Shown here piece after piece: positions 18,595 through 29,115 of a stretch of 64,000 bases of DNA. The stretch covers positions 1-64,000 of the IMG/VR virus record IMGVR_UViG_3300024279_000006. One strand, 5' to 3'. The notes below the pieces were generated by a model. It was not told where the DNA came from. It saw only the letters and a program-made list of their open reading frames with translations, and did not search any database. This stretch comes from an uncultured virus (IMG/VR IMGVR_UViG_3300024279_000006) (lineage: Duplodnaviria > Heunggongvirae > Uroviricota > Caudoviricetes). Within the stretch, counting starts at the first letter, position 1, and the number at the start of each line of letters is the position of its first letter. The translations under genes and the position numbers were made by a program.

Positions 18595-21578
18595 TGTTCC
18601 AGAGTCCTCAGGTAGATTTTGATGAATTTGCGAAGTCTCGCGCGCCGAAAGCGGCCCCTCCGTCCGATTTTGGAGAGTTCGCCGAATCCCAACAGCCAGA
18701 AGAGGAAACTGGCGGTGAGCAAACCCGCGAAGAACTTCCAGGAGCAACCCCGCGGCTGAAAGCCAGCGTAGAGGCTGGAAAATCTCCAAAGATACCGCTT
18801 ACTCCGCTTGAGAAACGCACGCCGGGAGAAGGAATCTCCACCAAAGGTGCTGGCTCGGAATGGTGGAATAAACTAAAGCAACTCGCGCCATCGGACCCAA
18901 CTGAGGGACGGTCTGTTTTTGACCCTAAGTTTTGGTACAACCCGAATAAGGCTGGTGTCGATCCTGCTCATGGCGGCTTGGCTCAGGCTGGCGATGAAGC
19001 CTCTCACGAATACGACCGCGCGCGGAAAGCAGGTAGCGGGATTATTCCTTCCATCGCTACGGCGGGAGTCGTTGGCGCTGGCTCTTTGCTTGGAGTAAGC
19101 AACAAAGAAGAGGAAGAACAAGCAGAGCGCGGCGAGGGCGGAAAGATCATCGGCGGTGCCGCTGCACCCGCAACCGTGGCCGCACTCGCTCCTTTGGTTG
19201 GTCCGGCAGTTGAAACCGGAGCCAAAGGCTTGCGAGCTGGTGTGATCCGACCGATTGCCGACACGATGGCAGATAGGTTCGCCACACCTGCGGTTGCTCC
19301 CGGCCTATCGGATGTCGCTAAAGCGAATCTTGAGCAACCTCTCGCACGGCGCGGGGTTGAGAAAGTCCTACGTTCCAGCGGTATGCCATCGGGACAAGCG
19401 GGATTACGAGACGCGTTCTCTATTGCTGCACCTGACCTTGCTGAAATTGAACGTAGTCAACCAATCGGGAAATCTGGCACACAGGGCGGAATAATCCGTC
19501 CTGACATGCGGCTGCGGCAAACAGTCGAGAATATCGACAATCGGCTGGACGATATTTGGAAGAAAGAACGCCAGCCACAAATTGAGCGAAATGCAGAATT
19601 GCCAACCCTGTCCCGCGAGCAGTTGCTTGGCGATGCCACAATAGACCAACTCAAACGAATCGAAAAAACGTTCAAGATGGACATCCCTGACCAGATCAAT
19701 CTTGGCGATGCCGACAAGATGCTGGTCAAGGTAAATGCCCGTCTTCGTCGCGCTGAAGGCATGACGCCAGAAGCAAGGGCGCTTGCTCTTGAATTAAGTC
19801 CAGACTTGCAGAAATTCAACGAAATGAAGGGAGAACTCCACCGGAGCATTGGCGACTTGCTTGAGCGCGTCAATGAGCCGGGAATCAAAGAATTTAATCG
19901 GCGGTACGGTGCGTTGTCGGAAGTACGCGATGCTCTACGAAATAAAATGAATCCCGTGGAAGCGGAGCGGGTTCTGGACAGTGTTCGCGCCACTGGCGGC
20001 TTAGGCCGCAACGTAAACCTTTTTGAACGGTTGCATCTAAAAGCCTCGCCGGGACGTTTGGCGCAAAAAGGATTGGAAGACCTCTCGCGGTCTAACTTGC
20101 AAATCGTTCCACCTATAGAACGTCCACCAGTTGCAGGGCTACTGCCAGGGATTCCTGAACCTCTCAGCGGTCCCGGCGATACCAGTGGACCAGTCCGCGG
20201 CGGCCGCTGGACGACTCCCGCCGGATTGATTGAAGGTATCCCCCCGGTAGAGGGCGAGTACATCCCGCCGGCGGAAACGGCTAACGGTCTGCCATCGGCT
20301 ACCGTAATAGAACCACACCCGAAAGTTCCAACACCTTTCCGCGTGGAAGCTCCACGTATGCGCGCTGGCACGATACCGCCGATTGAACCAGTCACCAGCA
20401 CAACGATGCTCCCGGGTGGGGCTGGCGTTCGCAATATCAAACTTTTGTCCGGGCCGACTGCCGAAGCGCCTGCCGCAGTAAAGCCGATTGAGCCGGTTGC
20501 TCCGAAACCTGCTCCGATTGAAACAAAGCCTGTCATTCCTGAGACGAAGCCGGTTATCCCTGAAACGCCGGAAGAAGAGGCCATACCAGCCGAAATTAAG
20601 GGCATCACTGAGCCTGTAAAACCAAAAATCGCAAAGGTGAAAACGAAGCCGATCGAGAAGCGGTTCACCAGCGAAGAGATTGCCGACGCAGAAGGCATGT
20701 TGCGCGCCGAAGCGGAAGCGTCACAGTCTGGCGAAAAACCTGCGCGGTATTTCGATGAAGTTGGCCAGACAGATCAACCGCTAAAGGAACGTCCGAAAGA
20801 AGGAACCCGAATTGGTGGCCAGTGGCGCAGTGTTTCCAGCGGCCGCAATATGTTCCCATTCCTGAGAGAGAATCCAAAGGTCAACGCAGGCGAAATTCTC
20901 AAAGCTCTCCGCAACAAAGACAGCGCAGCATATAGCAGGCTGATGGAGCGCGCCGTGGACTTTAACAAGCGCCACGCGCCCCCACCGGATGAGGCTTATG
21001 ACTTCATTCGTGGACTTGGCGGGAATCCTGATGCCGAAACAGAAGGAATCCAAGAGGACATTGGTGGGGCTGAACCAACTTTCAACCCGGAAGAGATCGA
21101 GCAGGCACCGGAAGTAAAAGAGCATCCGTCGATTGGTCTCATTAAGGCGATAGCCGAAAAGAAGGGTGGCATCCTTCCTGGCATGGAGGAACACGTCGCC
21201 AACCAGCAGAACGGCGCCGCAAAGGTGGCCGGGGAGAATCTGACCGCCGAAGCCAACACGCCGAAAGACATCTCGCAGGCCGCCGGCCGCATGGAGACAC
21301 ACTCGCCGCTATTCCGCGGCACAGAGGCAAGTCCGCAACGGGAGATATTCGGCAACGCACCGGCAAAGGCAGAACTCCCGGCGACCGTTGCTCCGGTAGT
21401 CCAAGAGGCAGGCTGGAAGTTTGAGGGAAAGAACAATCTCGGCCAGTACATCATCCGTATGCCCGGTACGGAAGTACGGCTCCATCTGTTTGAAAGGGAA
21501 TTGCAGCCGGACTTCATCCGCCGTCAGATCATCGCCAAAGAGAAGCAGTACGGCACTCCCGGACCAGAAAAGAAGTAA
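18594..21578 (+). CDS. Putative DNA ejection protein 3
   Basis: 994 aa, Gly/Ala hydrophobic patch, Pro/Glu-rich linker, no Cys. Confidence 0.55.
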   Translation: MFQSPQVDFDEFAKSRAPKAAPPSDFGEFAESQQPEEETGGEQTREELPGATPRLKASVEAGKSPKIPLTPLEKRTPGEGISTKGAGSEWWNKLKQLAPSDPTEGRSVFDPKFWYNPNKAGVDPAHGGLAQAGDEASHEYDRARKAGSGIIPSIATAGVVGAGSLLGVSNKEEEEQAERGEGGKIIGGAAAPATVAALAPLVGPAVETGAKGLRAGVIRPIADTMADRFATPAVAPGLSDVAKANLEQPLARRGVEKVLRSSGMPSGQAGLRDAFSIAAPDLAEIERSQPIGKSGTQGGIIRPDMRLRQTVENIDNRLDDIWKKERQPQIERNAELPTLSREQLLGDATIDQLKRIEKTFKMDIPDQINLGDADKMLVKVNARLRRAEGMTPEARALALELSPDLQKFNEMKGELHRSIGDLLERVNEPGIKEFNRRYGALSEVRDALRNKMNPVEAERVLDSVRATGGLGRNVNLFERLHLKASPGRLAQKGLEDLSRSNLQIVPPIERPPVAGLLPGIPEPLSGPGDTSGPVRGGRWTTPAGLIEGIPPVEGEYIPPAETANGLPSATVIEPHPKVPTPFRVEAPRMRAGTIPPIEPVTSTTMLPGGAGVRNIKLLSGPTAEAPAAVKPIEPVAPKPAPIETKPVIPETKPVIPETPEEEAIPAEIKGITEPVKPKIAKVKTKPIEKRFTSEEIADAEGMLRAEAEASQSGEKPARYFDEVGQTDQPLKERPKEGTRIGGQWRSVSSGRNMFPFLRENPKVNAGEILKALRNKDSAAYSRLMERAVDFNKRHAPPPDEAYDFIRGLGGNPDAETEGIQEDIGGAEPTFNPEEIEQAPEVKEHPSIGLIKAIAEKKGGILPGMEEHVANQQNGAAKVAGENLTAEANTPKDISQAAGRMETHSPLFRGTEASPQREIFGNAPAKAELPATVAPVVQEAGWKFEGKNNLGQYIIRMPGTEVRLHLFERELQPDFIRRQIIAKEKQYGTPGPEKK

Positions 21579-21581
21579 CCC

Positions 21582-21616
21582 TTGCGCCAGAACGCAAATT
21601 TGCGTATAAATCTTGC
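21582..21616 (+). promoter_or_regulatory. Sigma70-type promoter for a leaderless mRNA, with a 14-bp palindrome
   Basis: TTGCGC-17-TATAAA-6-GTG; ACGCAAATTTGCGT at 21592-21605. Confidence 0.65.
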
Positions 21617-23482
21617 GTGCCAAAAATCGGGATAGTTACAAACTTAGGTTCTCGCGGACTGCTCCGCGATGCCACTCTCATTAAGCCAATAATCGAAGCG
21701 TTGGGATACGAAGTGCAGTTTCTTCAGTATGAGGAACCATGCGAAGAAACGTTCGCGCTTTGTATTTTTTTAGAGGTAACTCCACGCAGTTTGATTAAGT
21801 GCTCCGAAGCGCCGCCGTGGGTATTCGTCAATCCTGAGTTTCTCCGACCGGAGAACGTGAAGATTATCCAGCGGCATTTTTCCCGCGTGCTCTGCAAGAC
21901 CCATGAAGCTCACCGTGTCTGCTCAGAAGTGTTTGGCGAGAAGGCGCGGTACGTCGGTTTCATTTCAGAAGACAAGCACGATCCGTCAGTACAGCGGATA
22001 CACACGTTTCTCCACGTCGCCGGGAACAGTAAGGTCAAAGGCACTCAGGCAGTCATGGACGCTTGGAAGTGGCGCAGGAACGGAGAAGGATTGAACGCCA
22101 GCCTAGTCGTTGTGTCGGACTGGCTGGAACAGAAAGACGCTCCGAACGGCGTAACTGTGTTCAGCAAGATTGACGACGCTGAATTGACGCGGCTACAAAA
22201 CGCCTGCATGTTCCACTTGCAACCATCGGAGACAGAAGGATTCAGTCACGTAATCCACGAAGCGATGTCGGTGAACGCCACGATCTTAACGGTGGACGCG
22301 CCGCCAATGAACGAGATTCACTCGGTCTACAAGATTCCTTCCACTGGTCAGACCAAGCTGCACCTGGCCACGATGAACGAAGTTTCCGCACTGGACATCT
22401 ATACCGCTGTGCGCGAGATGTTGAAATACAAAGGACAGGGATTCGCCAAGCAAGGGATGCCGCGGGAAGAGTTCCTTGCTGGCAACGAAGCGTTCAAAGA
22501 AGCATTTACGGAGCAACTGAAAGACATGGAGCCAAAACAATTCAAGCCGGTCAATCGTCCAAAGTCTAAATCACCGTCCATCGCCTTCATCGGTAACTTC
22601 GCCGCAGAACACTCAACCGAAAATCAAATTTTGTGGGCATTGGAACAAGGTCTCGGCTACGAAGTCGAAAAGCTCCAAGAGAACGAGACCAACTTGGACG
22701 CCATTATGGAAGCAGCACTCTACAACGGGCTATTGCTGTGGGTGCGCACTCCGGGTTGGTTAAAGGTTCCAGATGAGCATATGTTCGATGCGTTGGAGCA
22801 CCTGAAAACAAATTACGTTAAGACATTCGCGGTTCACTTGGACAAGTTTTGGGATATTCCAGAACGGGAATCGCTAATCGGGAAGTCTCCGTTTTGGAAT
22901 GTGGAATATGTATTTACCGCCGACGGCTCCCGCCAGAAAGATTTTGCCGCGCGTGGGGTAAATCATTTCTGGATGCGGCCAGCGGTCTCAGAAGTCTACT
23001 GCCATTCGGGAACGGTGCGGGAAGAGTACCGATGCGACGTTGGCTTTGTCGGAGCCAAGAACTACCACGAACAGTACCCGTTCCGCCGGCAGATGATTGA
23101 GTTTCTGGAACAGACCTACGGAGAGCGGTTCAAACACGTTGAGGGAGTCCGCGGCCATCTTCTCAATGATGTATACGCTTCGATGAAGGTGGTTGTCGGG
23201 GATTGCTTCGGTGCCGGGATTCCTTTCTACTGGTCCGATAGACTTCCAGAGACTTGCGGTCGCGGCGGTCTATTGCTGCATCCATTTGTAGAAGGCATGG
23301 AAGTTCCTTGCCCAAACTACGCCCCGCAAGACTTGGACAACCTGAAATATCAAATAGATTGGTGGCTGGATGTGGACGAGTCAGAACGCAGGGTGGTGCG
23401 GCAGAATTGCATGGAGCACGTCCGGCATCACGATACCTGGACGGACAGGATGGAGTGGATTCTTGAAACCGTTATGCGTTGA
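21617..23482 (+). CDS. Two-domain GT-B glycosyltransferase
   Basis: N domain PSETEGFSHVIHEAM (GT4-like); C domain DVGFVG...SDRLPETCGRGG...HTW (CgeB-like). Confidence 0.8.
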   Translation: MPKIGIVTNLGSRGLLRDATLIKPIIEALGYEVQFLQYEEPCEETFALCIFLEVTPRSLIKCSEAPPWVFVNPEFLRPENVKIIQRHFSRVLCKTHEAHRVCSEVFGEKARYVGFISEDKHDPSVQRIHTFLHVAGNSKVKGTQAVMDAWKWRRNGEGLNASLVVVSDWLEQKDAPNGVTVFSKIDDAELTRLQNACMFHLQPSETEGFSHVIHEAMSVNATILTVDAPPMNEIHSVYKIPSTGQTKLHLATMNEVSALDIYTAVREMLKYKGQGFAKQGMPREEFLAGNEAFKEAFTEQLKDMEPKQFKPVNRPKSKSPSIAFIGNFAAEHSTENQILWALEQGLGYEVEKLQENETNLDAIMEAALYNGLLLWVRTPGWLKVPDEHMFDALEHLKTNYVKTFAVHLDKFWDIPERESLIGKSPFWNVEYVFTADGSRQKDFAARGVNHFWMRPAVSEVYCHSGTVREEYRCDVGFVGAKNYHEQYPFRRQMIEFLEQTYGERFKHVEGVRGHLLNDVYASMKVVVGDCFGAGIPFYWSDRLPETCGRGGLLLHPFVEGMEVPCPNYAPQDLDNLKYQIDWWLDVDESERRVVRQNCMEHVRHHDTWTDRMEWILETVMR

Positions 23483-24278
23483 TTTGTACTGCGGACTTGG
23501 TGGTTGGGCGGAAGGTTTTCTTTCAGAGGGTTACGACGTGATTGGATTTGACATCGAAAAACACGACTACGGAACCGGAGCGTATCCGGGCCAACTGGTT
23601 TTACAGGACGTGCTCTCGCTGCATGGTTCACAATTGAAACGGGCTAGGGTAATCGTTGCTTCGCCGCCGTGCCAAGAGCCGAGCTATCGCGCAATGCCGT
23701 GGAAGCGAGCCAAAGCATTGAACGAAATCGGTCCACCGCACAAGTTCATTGAACTGTTCAACGCCTGTTTTAGGATTCAGCAGGAAGCATCGGAAGCGGC
23801 TGGACGGCATATTCCGCTCATCGTAGAAAATGTGATGGGCGCTCAACGATGGGTTGGCAGTGCAGCATGGCATTTTGGTTCGTACTATTTGTGGGGCGAC
23901 CTGCCAGCATTAATGCCGATTCCATCGAAATTGCGGAAGAGTTCGCACGTTCCTTTGGTCGAAACACCGCCTGGTACGGGCAAGACTTCATGGTTCTTTG
24001 GTAACTCAAAACACGAAGGCCAGAATTGGAGCAAGTTTGCAAAGACTGGTGAAGTCTTACCCCATTGGCGCATGGAAGCGCATCGAGATGATGTTGCGGG
24101 AGTAAAACAAAGAAACGGTGGTACTCAAGGATGGTTCGGAGAATACAAGCCTACCGGACAAGGTTCTAGGAATTTTTCTTCAAACTCAAAGGCACGCAAA
24201 GCCGCCAGTGCTCAAATTGCCAAAATTCCATTTCCTCTTGCTCGCCATATCGCGCAATGTTTCAAGGTGAACCAATGA
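23463..24278 (+). CDS. C5-cytosine DNA methyltransferase
   Basis: DLYCGLGG (motif I), ASPPCQ (IV), VENV (VI); TTG start with GGAG SD. Confidence 0.8.
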   Translation: MKPLCVDLYCGLGGWAEGFLSEGYDVIGFDIEKHDYGTGAYPGQLVLQDVLSLHGSQLKRARVIVASPPCQEPSYRAMPWKRAKALNEIGPPHKFIELFNACFRIQQEASEAAGRHIPLIVENVMGAQRWVGSAAWHFGSYYLWGDLPALMPIPSKLRKSSHVPLVETPPGTGKTSWFFGNSKHEGQNWSKFAKTGEVLPHWRMEAHRDDVAGVKQRNGGTQGWFGEYKPTGQGSRNFSSNSKARKAASAQIAKIPFPLARHIAQCFKVNQ

Positions 24279-25081
24279 TCCCCTGCTTCTGGCATTACGG
24301 CGGCCGCGGGGCGTGGTGCCAAACAATCGTGGAATTTCTCACGCGTGGCTGTGAGCACCAAATGGGCATAGGGCCAGCCGTTACCGCCGTGGTAGTGGTG
24401 AAAGCTGACGCAGTGCCGTCAGAGCAGCAGTTAAACGCTGACCTAGCGCAGATCGAGCGCGGCGTGCTGATAGTGACCGCTAACGAGGAAGGAACCTTCC
24501 GGCCAGAGCTGATTACTCACCCACGGTTCAAAGTGTGGTTGCAGACTCCGGCGAAACATCAGTTTGCTCACCGATACTTGCCGTGGGGCTGGACGCCACT
24601 TCAGCACATGGACCTCGCGCGCCAATATGATTGGAGTTTTGCGGGACAGGTAACACACCAACGACGGGAACAGTGCGTGGAAGTGCTGCGAACTCTGCCA
24701 CACGGCAAACTCGTTGTCACTTCGGGGTTTTCGGAAGGGCTGGACCGTGAAACATACGCAGACCTGTTGCAATCGAGTAAAGTAATTCCGTGTCCGTCCG
24801 GTCCAATTACGGTCGATTCGTTTCGTTTCTGTGAGGCTTTAGAGTCGGGAGCAGTGCCGATTCCTGACGGTATCTCTCCGCGTGGTCCGTATTTCGATTA
24901 TTGGAAGCGTGTGTTTGGTAGGCATTTTCCATTTGCAGTGGCATTCTCTTGGAATCACGCGCCGGGGATTCTTAGACAGATATTGGTAAATTGGGACGAG
25001 TTCTCCCGTGGCTCTACGGCATGGTGGAAAGATAAAAAACAGGAATGGATTCACCAGTTGCTTGAGGACATCCACGCATGA
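24275..25081 (+). CDS. Exostosin (GT47)-like glycosyltransferase
   Basis: WSFAGQ...Y...LQSSKVIPCPSG...SFRFCEALESGAVPI. Confidence 0.75.
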   Translation: MIPCFWHYGGRGAWCQTIVEFLTRGCEHQMGIGPAVTAVVVVKADAVPSEQQLNADLAQIERGVLIVTANEEGTFRPELITHPRFKVWLQTPAKHQFAHRYLPWGWTPLQHMDLARQYDWSFAGQVTHQRREQCVEVLRTLPHGKLVVTSGFSEGLDRETYADLLQSSKVIPCPSGPITVDSFRFCEALESGAVPIPDGISPRGPYFDYWKRVFGRHFPFAVAFSWNHAPGILRQILVNWDEFSRGSTAWWKDKKQEWIHQLLEDIHA

Positions 25082-25833
25082 ACGACATCACCGTACTCGT
25101 TCCAACGTCACCGATAAAAAGCCATCCGTCAACCGCCATCATACAAAAGGCCATTGCCTCAGTTCAGAAACACCTACCAGACGCAGAAATTCGGATAATG
25201 ATCGACGGCATCCGCGACGAGCAGAAAGAGTACTTGGAACGGTACGTGGACTACATCGGCAGGCTGGCGACCGAGGACTTCTTCTGCCAGGACAATATCC
25301 GGCTGTTTCCGTTCGTCAGTCACCAGCACCAAGTTGCCATGACGCGCCACGTCCTGAAAAGCGTCACGACTCCGCTGATAATGCTGCTCGAACATGACAC
25401 CTTTTTCCTTGACGGTTTGCCAATAGACTTCGCGGGGATCGCCAGAGTAATTAAAGCAGGCCATGCGAATATGGTTCAGTTTCACTGCCAGTGGGAGCCG
25501 TGGATTATTCCAGAGCACGAGCACCTAATGTTGGACAAGGAACGGAAGTACATTGACGGCGTGCCGATGGTGCGGACGTGGCAATTCAGCGCGCGGCCTC
25601 ATGTTGCGAGTGCAGACTTCTACCGTGGGATGCTGTCCAGTTGGTTCACACTGAACGCCAGAACCTTCATTGAGGATAGGATGGTGGACGTACTGGCTGG
25701 TGCGCGCATGGCTATCGGGAACGATGCGTGGGAAGACTGGAAGTTGTTCTACTATGCGCCAGAAGGAACGATTAGAAGGACATGGACCGACGACGGCAGA
25801 GCTTCCGATCCTAAGTTCCCTATCACATACTGA
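25078..25833 (+). CDS. GT-A fold glycosyltransferase
   Basis: ITVLVPT...IDG...MLLEHD. Confidence 0.7.
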   Translation: MNDITVLVPTSPIKSHPSTAIIQKAIASVQKHLPDAEIRIMIDGIRDEQKEYLERYVDYIGRLATEDFFCQDNIRLFPFVSHQHQVAMTRHVLKSVTTPLIMLLEHDTFFLDGLPIDFAGIARVIKAGHANMVQFHCQWEPWIIPEHEHLMLDKERKYIDGVPMVRTWQFSARPHVASADFYRGMLSSWFTLNARTFIEDRMVDVLAGARMAIGNDAWEDWKLFYYAPEGTIRRTWTDDGRASDPKFPITY

Positions 25834-25843
25834 AGAGGTCATT

Positions 25844-26266
25844 GTGGCCAAATCTAAAGAGGAAAGATACCAACAACAGCGAGAGTGGGGCAGGAGAAAT
25901 AGAGAAAAACTTTTAGCTTACGGCAGAACATCTGCAAAATTATGGAGAGAACGACACCCCGAAAAGGTTAGATTCCACAGGAATGAATATCGCCGGAGAC
26001 TTAAAGAATCTGCATACGACAAACTCGGGAATAGATGCAACAACCCAGCGTGCCAGTGGTTAAATCCAGATGGGAGTCGAGGGTGCATAGACCGGAGATG
26101 TCTTCAAATTGACCATGTATTTGGCGGTGGTTGCAAAGAAAGAGCTATATTCCGAGGAAGCTCACCACTATACATCGCAGTGATTCGGGACAATCACGGT
26201 AGATACCAATTGCTTTGCGCAAACTGTAATTGGATAAAGAGGTCCATGATGAAGGAACATAAATGA
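25844..26266 (+). CDS. HNH endonuclease
   Basis: LGNRC...LQIDH...YQLLCANCNW; GTG start with GAGG. Confidence 0.75.
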   Translation: MAKSKEERYQQQREWGRRNREKLLAYGRTSAKLWRERHPEKVRFHRNEYRRRLKESAYDKLGNRCNNPACQWLNPDGSRGCIDRRCLQIDHVFGGGCKERAIFRGSSPLYIAVIRDNHGRYQLLCANCNWIKRSMMKEHK

Positions 26267-26267
26267 C

Positions 26268-27011
26268 ATGCCAGACATCTTCATTCCAACCAGTGAAGTG
26301 ACATTCTCCGAGAAGCTAGTCTGCGGCCGCTATCCGGTCAAAGTTCCGTCTTTCATGGACGTTCACAACTGGTGGGGAGAGTGGGAGACAGAGCGTTTCA
26401 GGTCGATGGAAACTCTACTTGAACCTGGGATGCTCTTTTATGATGTTGGCAGCTTCGATGGTTGGCAGTCTGCAATTATCTCGCGCTTCGTCGGCGGCGG
26501 TAAAAACATGGTGCTGATCGAGCCGGTAGCGGAGAATTGGGCGAACATCAAAGCCACTTGGGAAGCGAACGGAATCGGAAAGCCGGGGATAGCGTTCAAA
26601 GGCTTCGTGGGAGTGGAACAAGGACGGTCTGGCGCCGTGGTGAGTGTAAATGGAGACTGGCCGCAAGGCGTGGACTACTCCAAACTCATCGCGGTAACGA
26701 AATTCCAGCATATCAACGAGAACGCTGAGACTCCGGGCGTCCCGCTCGACGTTCTAGCGTTTGTCGCCGGTTCGCCGAAAGCAATCAATATTGACGTGGA
26801 AGGCGCGGAACTGATCGTGCTCAAGAGCGCGGAGATGGTCCTGCGAATCTGCTCACCGATAGTCTGGATCTCCATTCACCCGGAATTTATGCGGGACCGC
26901 TACCAGCACGAACCGGATGAAGTTCACGATTTTATGCGGAGACTTGGCTACGAAATGTATCTGCTTGGAATAGATCACGAAGAACATTGGATTGCTCGGA
27001 GAAGGCCGTGA
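26268..27011 (+). CDS. FkbM-family methyltransferase
   Basis: FYDVGSFDG...IEP...INIDVEGAE...ISIH. Confidence 0.85.
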   Translation: MPDIFIPTSEVTFSEKLVCGRYPVKVPSFMDVHNWWGEWETERFRSMETLLEPGMLFYDVGSFDGWQSAIISRFVGGGKNMVLIEPVAENWANIKATWEANGIGKPGIAFKGFVGVEQGRSGAVVSVNGDWPQGVDYSKLIAVTKFQHINENAETPGVPLDVLAFVAGSPKAINIDVEGAELIVLKSAEMVLRICSPIVWISIHPEFMRDRYQHEPDEVHDFMRRLGYEMYLLGIDHEEHWIARRRP

Positions 27012-27748
27012 ACCTGAAAGATGCCATAACTCTAATCGTTCCGACTTCTCCGGTTCCATCGCATCCTTCCACGTCGCTGATAGAGAACGCAATCGCCAGC
27101 ATCCGCTACCACTTGCCGGACTGCCCAATGATTATTCAAGCGGACGGTGTGCGGCCAGAGCAAGAACAATTCAAGACTCAGTATCAGATGTACCTCTTGC
27201 GGATGGATGAGCACATCAATGCCGGGAAGTTTGGGCCATGCAAAATGATTCGCTTTCCTGAGTTCCGCCACCAAGCCGCCATGATGAAAGAAACGATGGC
27301 GAAAATTGCGACACCACTGCTCGGATACTTTGAGCACGATTTCCTGATGCTCCCTGAGTACGTGGACTGGAAAGGGATTGCCAGTGCCATTCTGTCTGGT
27401 GAAGTAAATCAGATTCGGCTCTACTATTGGTCTTCCATCATCCCTGAGCATCGGCATTTGATGTTAGACACGGAGCCAATTTTCGTGTGCGGAGTTCCCT
27501 TGATTCGCACACTTCAATGGTCGCAGCATCCTCAAATTGCATCGAAAACTCTGTATGAACAATTATTGGCCACGCTCTCAGATGGTTGCCGAACCATGAT
27601 CGAGAACGGGGTGTACAGTGCTGTTTTGACGCAACCGTGGGAGAACAATCGCTGTTCAATCTACGCGCCGATGCCATTTCTTAAGCGCGAGGCCCATCTT
27701 CATTTAAGGGAAGAACAGCCTAAGTGGGAAGAAGGTTTCACGTTTTGA
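27008..27748 (+). CDS. GT-A glycosyltransferase, paralog of 25078-25833
   Basis: Shared VPTSPxxSHPST, DGxRxEQ, HQ, TPL...EHD and IIPEHxHLMLD motifs. Confidence 0.7.
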   Translation: MNLKDAITLIVPTSPVPSHPSTSLIENAIASIRYHLPDCPMIIQADGVRPEQEQFKTQYQMYLLRMDEHINAGKFGPCKMIRFPEFRHQAAMMKETMAKIATPLLGYFEHDFLMLPEYVDWKGIASAILSGEVNQIRLYYWSSIIPEHRHLMLDTEPIFVCGVPLIRTLQWSQHPQIASKTLYEQLLATLSDGCRTMIENGVYSAVLTQPWENNRCSIYAPMPFLKREAHLHLREEQPKWEEGFTF

Positions 27749-28491
27749 CGCCAGAGCAAAAAGCCGACCGCGACAGTGTTTGGGAGCGCATAGCCCAAGA
27801 GCGCCCGGAGTTTACCCGTTCAATGGATTTGACCAACAACTACCACACGGTACGCGAAATCGTTTTAGGCGGTTCGCTGACCTGGCAGGAATCCAATAAG
27901 CGGTTCAAGCCATACCTCGGCGCGCGCATCATGGACATTGGAGCCAACGTGGGAATCTTTACCGCATGGTGTGCCGCGAACGGTGCGCGAGTGGTGGCCT
28001 ATGAACCGCATCCCCAAGTCTTTTCAGTGCTGACCGAAATGCTCAGTAGGAGCCAACTGCAAGCGCAGGTTGTTGCGGTGAACGCCGCAATCTCAGACCA
28101 TAACGGGAAGATTCCGTTTATTGCGCACGTCAATCCCGATCCGATGTGCATTTGGTACAACGGAGCGGTAGAGGCCGTAGCAGGGCCGTGGGTGCCAGAC
28201 GATTACAAAAACTCCGTGCCGGTCCCTTGCGTGCGGTTTGAGGATGCCATCGGAGACAAAGAGTGGCAGATGGTTAAAATCGACATCGAGGGCGCGGAGT
28301 TCCCCGTTCTGCTGGCTACTCCCGATGAAGCCTTGCGCCGAATCAAATATATGTACGTCGAGTTCCATCCGTGGGGAACCGAAGAGGCGTACAACCGGAC
28401 AATCGAGAAACTGGCAGACATCTTCCATTTCACAGGATTCTTTCAAAACAACGTTGGACGCTGGGAAGTCGGCTATTGCCACAAACGATGA
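27745..28491 (+). CDS. FkbM-family methyltransferase
   Basis: MDIGANVG...YEP...KIDIEGAE...VEFH. Confidence 0.85.
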   Translation: MTPEQKADRDSVWERIAQERPEFTRSMDLTNNYHTVREIVLGGSLTWQESNKRFKPYLGARIMDIGANVGIFTAWCAANGARVVAYEPHPQVFSVLTEMLSRSQLQAQVVAVNAAISDHNGKIPFIAHVNPDPMCIWYNGAVEAVAGPWVPDDYKNSVPVPCVRFEDAIGDKEWQMVKIDIEGAEFPVLLATPDEALRRIKYMYVEFHPWGTEEAYNRTIEKLADIFHFTGFFQNNVGRWEVGYCHKR

Positions 28492-29114
28492 TTACTGAAC
28501 AAGACCGCGAATCCCTATGGGAAATCTGCGTTAACGAGCATCGCTACACACCACGAATCGGCGACTCTGTTCTGGACATCGGTGCGCATCACGGCTGGTT
28601 TTCTCTCTACTGCGCAACGCGCGGCGCAACGGTGTCGGCTTACGAGCCGGACCCCGCAGCGTTTGAGTACTTGGAGAGCCAAGTTCACGTTTCCCTGAAA
28701 TGCGGAGGAACTACCATCATGCCGCACAAGGCGGCCGTGTGGAGCGAAGAGGGACAGAAGCTACTCTGGCAGCGACCGAACCACATCGCCAACTCCATGC
28801 TGCGTCCGTCCGAATACTCGGTGTTGGTCAAAACAATTTCTCTCAAGCAAGCGCTGGCCGGTAAAAAATGGGATTGCGTGAAATGCGATGCAGAGGGAGC
28901 AGAAGCTCAGATATTTCTAACGGCGAAACATGAAGACTTTGCACTCATCGGGTATTTGACAATAGAGCTGCATAGCGACGTTTTGACACTCGACCAAAAC
29001 AATGCCCTGGTGCGGACATTCCGTGAACATTTCAGCAGAGTGGATACTGTTCCAGAATTGAAAGAAGGTTTACAAACTGGACGGACGGCTAAGGCTTTCT
29101 GTTGGAGGGTATAA
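28488..29114 (+). CDS. FkbM-family methyltransferase
   Basis: LDIGAHHG...YEP...KCDAEGAE...IELH. Confidence 0.85.
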   Translation: MITEQDRESLWEICVNEHRYTPRIGDSVLDIGAHHGWFSLYCATRGATVSAYEPDPAAFEYLESQVHVSLKCGGTTIMPHKAAVWSEEGQKLLWQRPNHIANSMLRPSEYSVLVKTISLKQALAGKKWDCVKCDAEGAEAQIFLTAKHEDFALIGYLTIELHSDVLTLDQNNALVRTFREHFSRVDTVPELKEGLQTGRTAKAFCWRV

Positions 29115-29115
29115 A

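Noticed and set aside
20510..20570. Short tandem repeat encoding ETKPVIP-ETKPVIP
   Set aside because: Ordinary low-complexity linker duplication.
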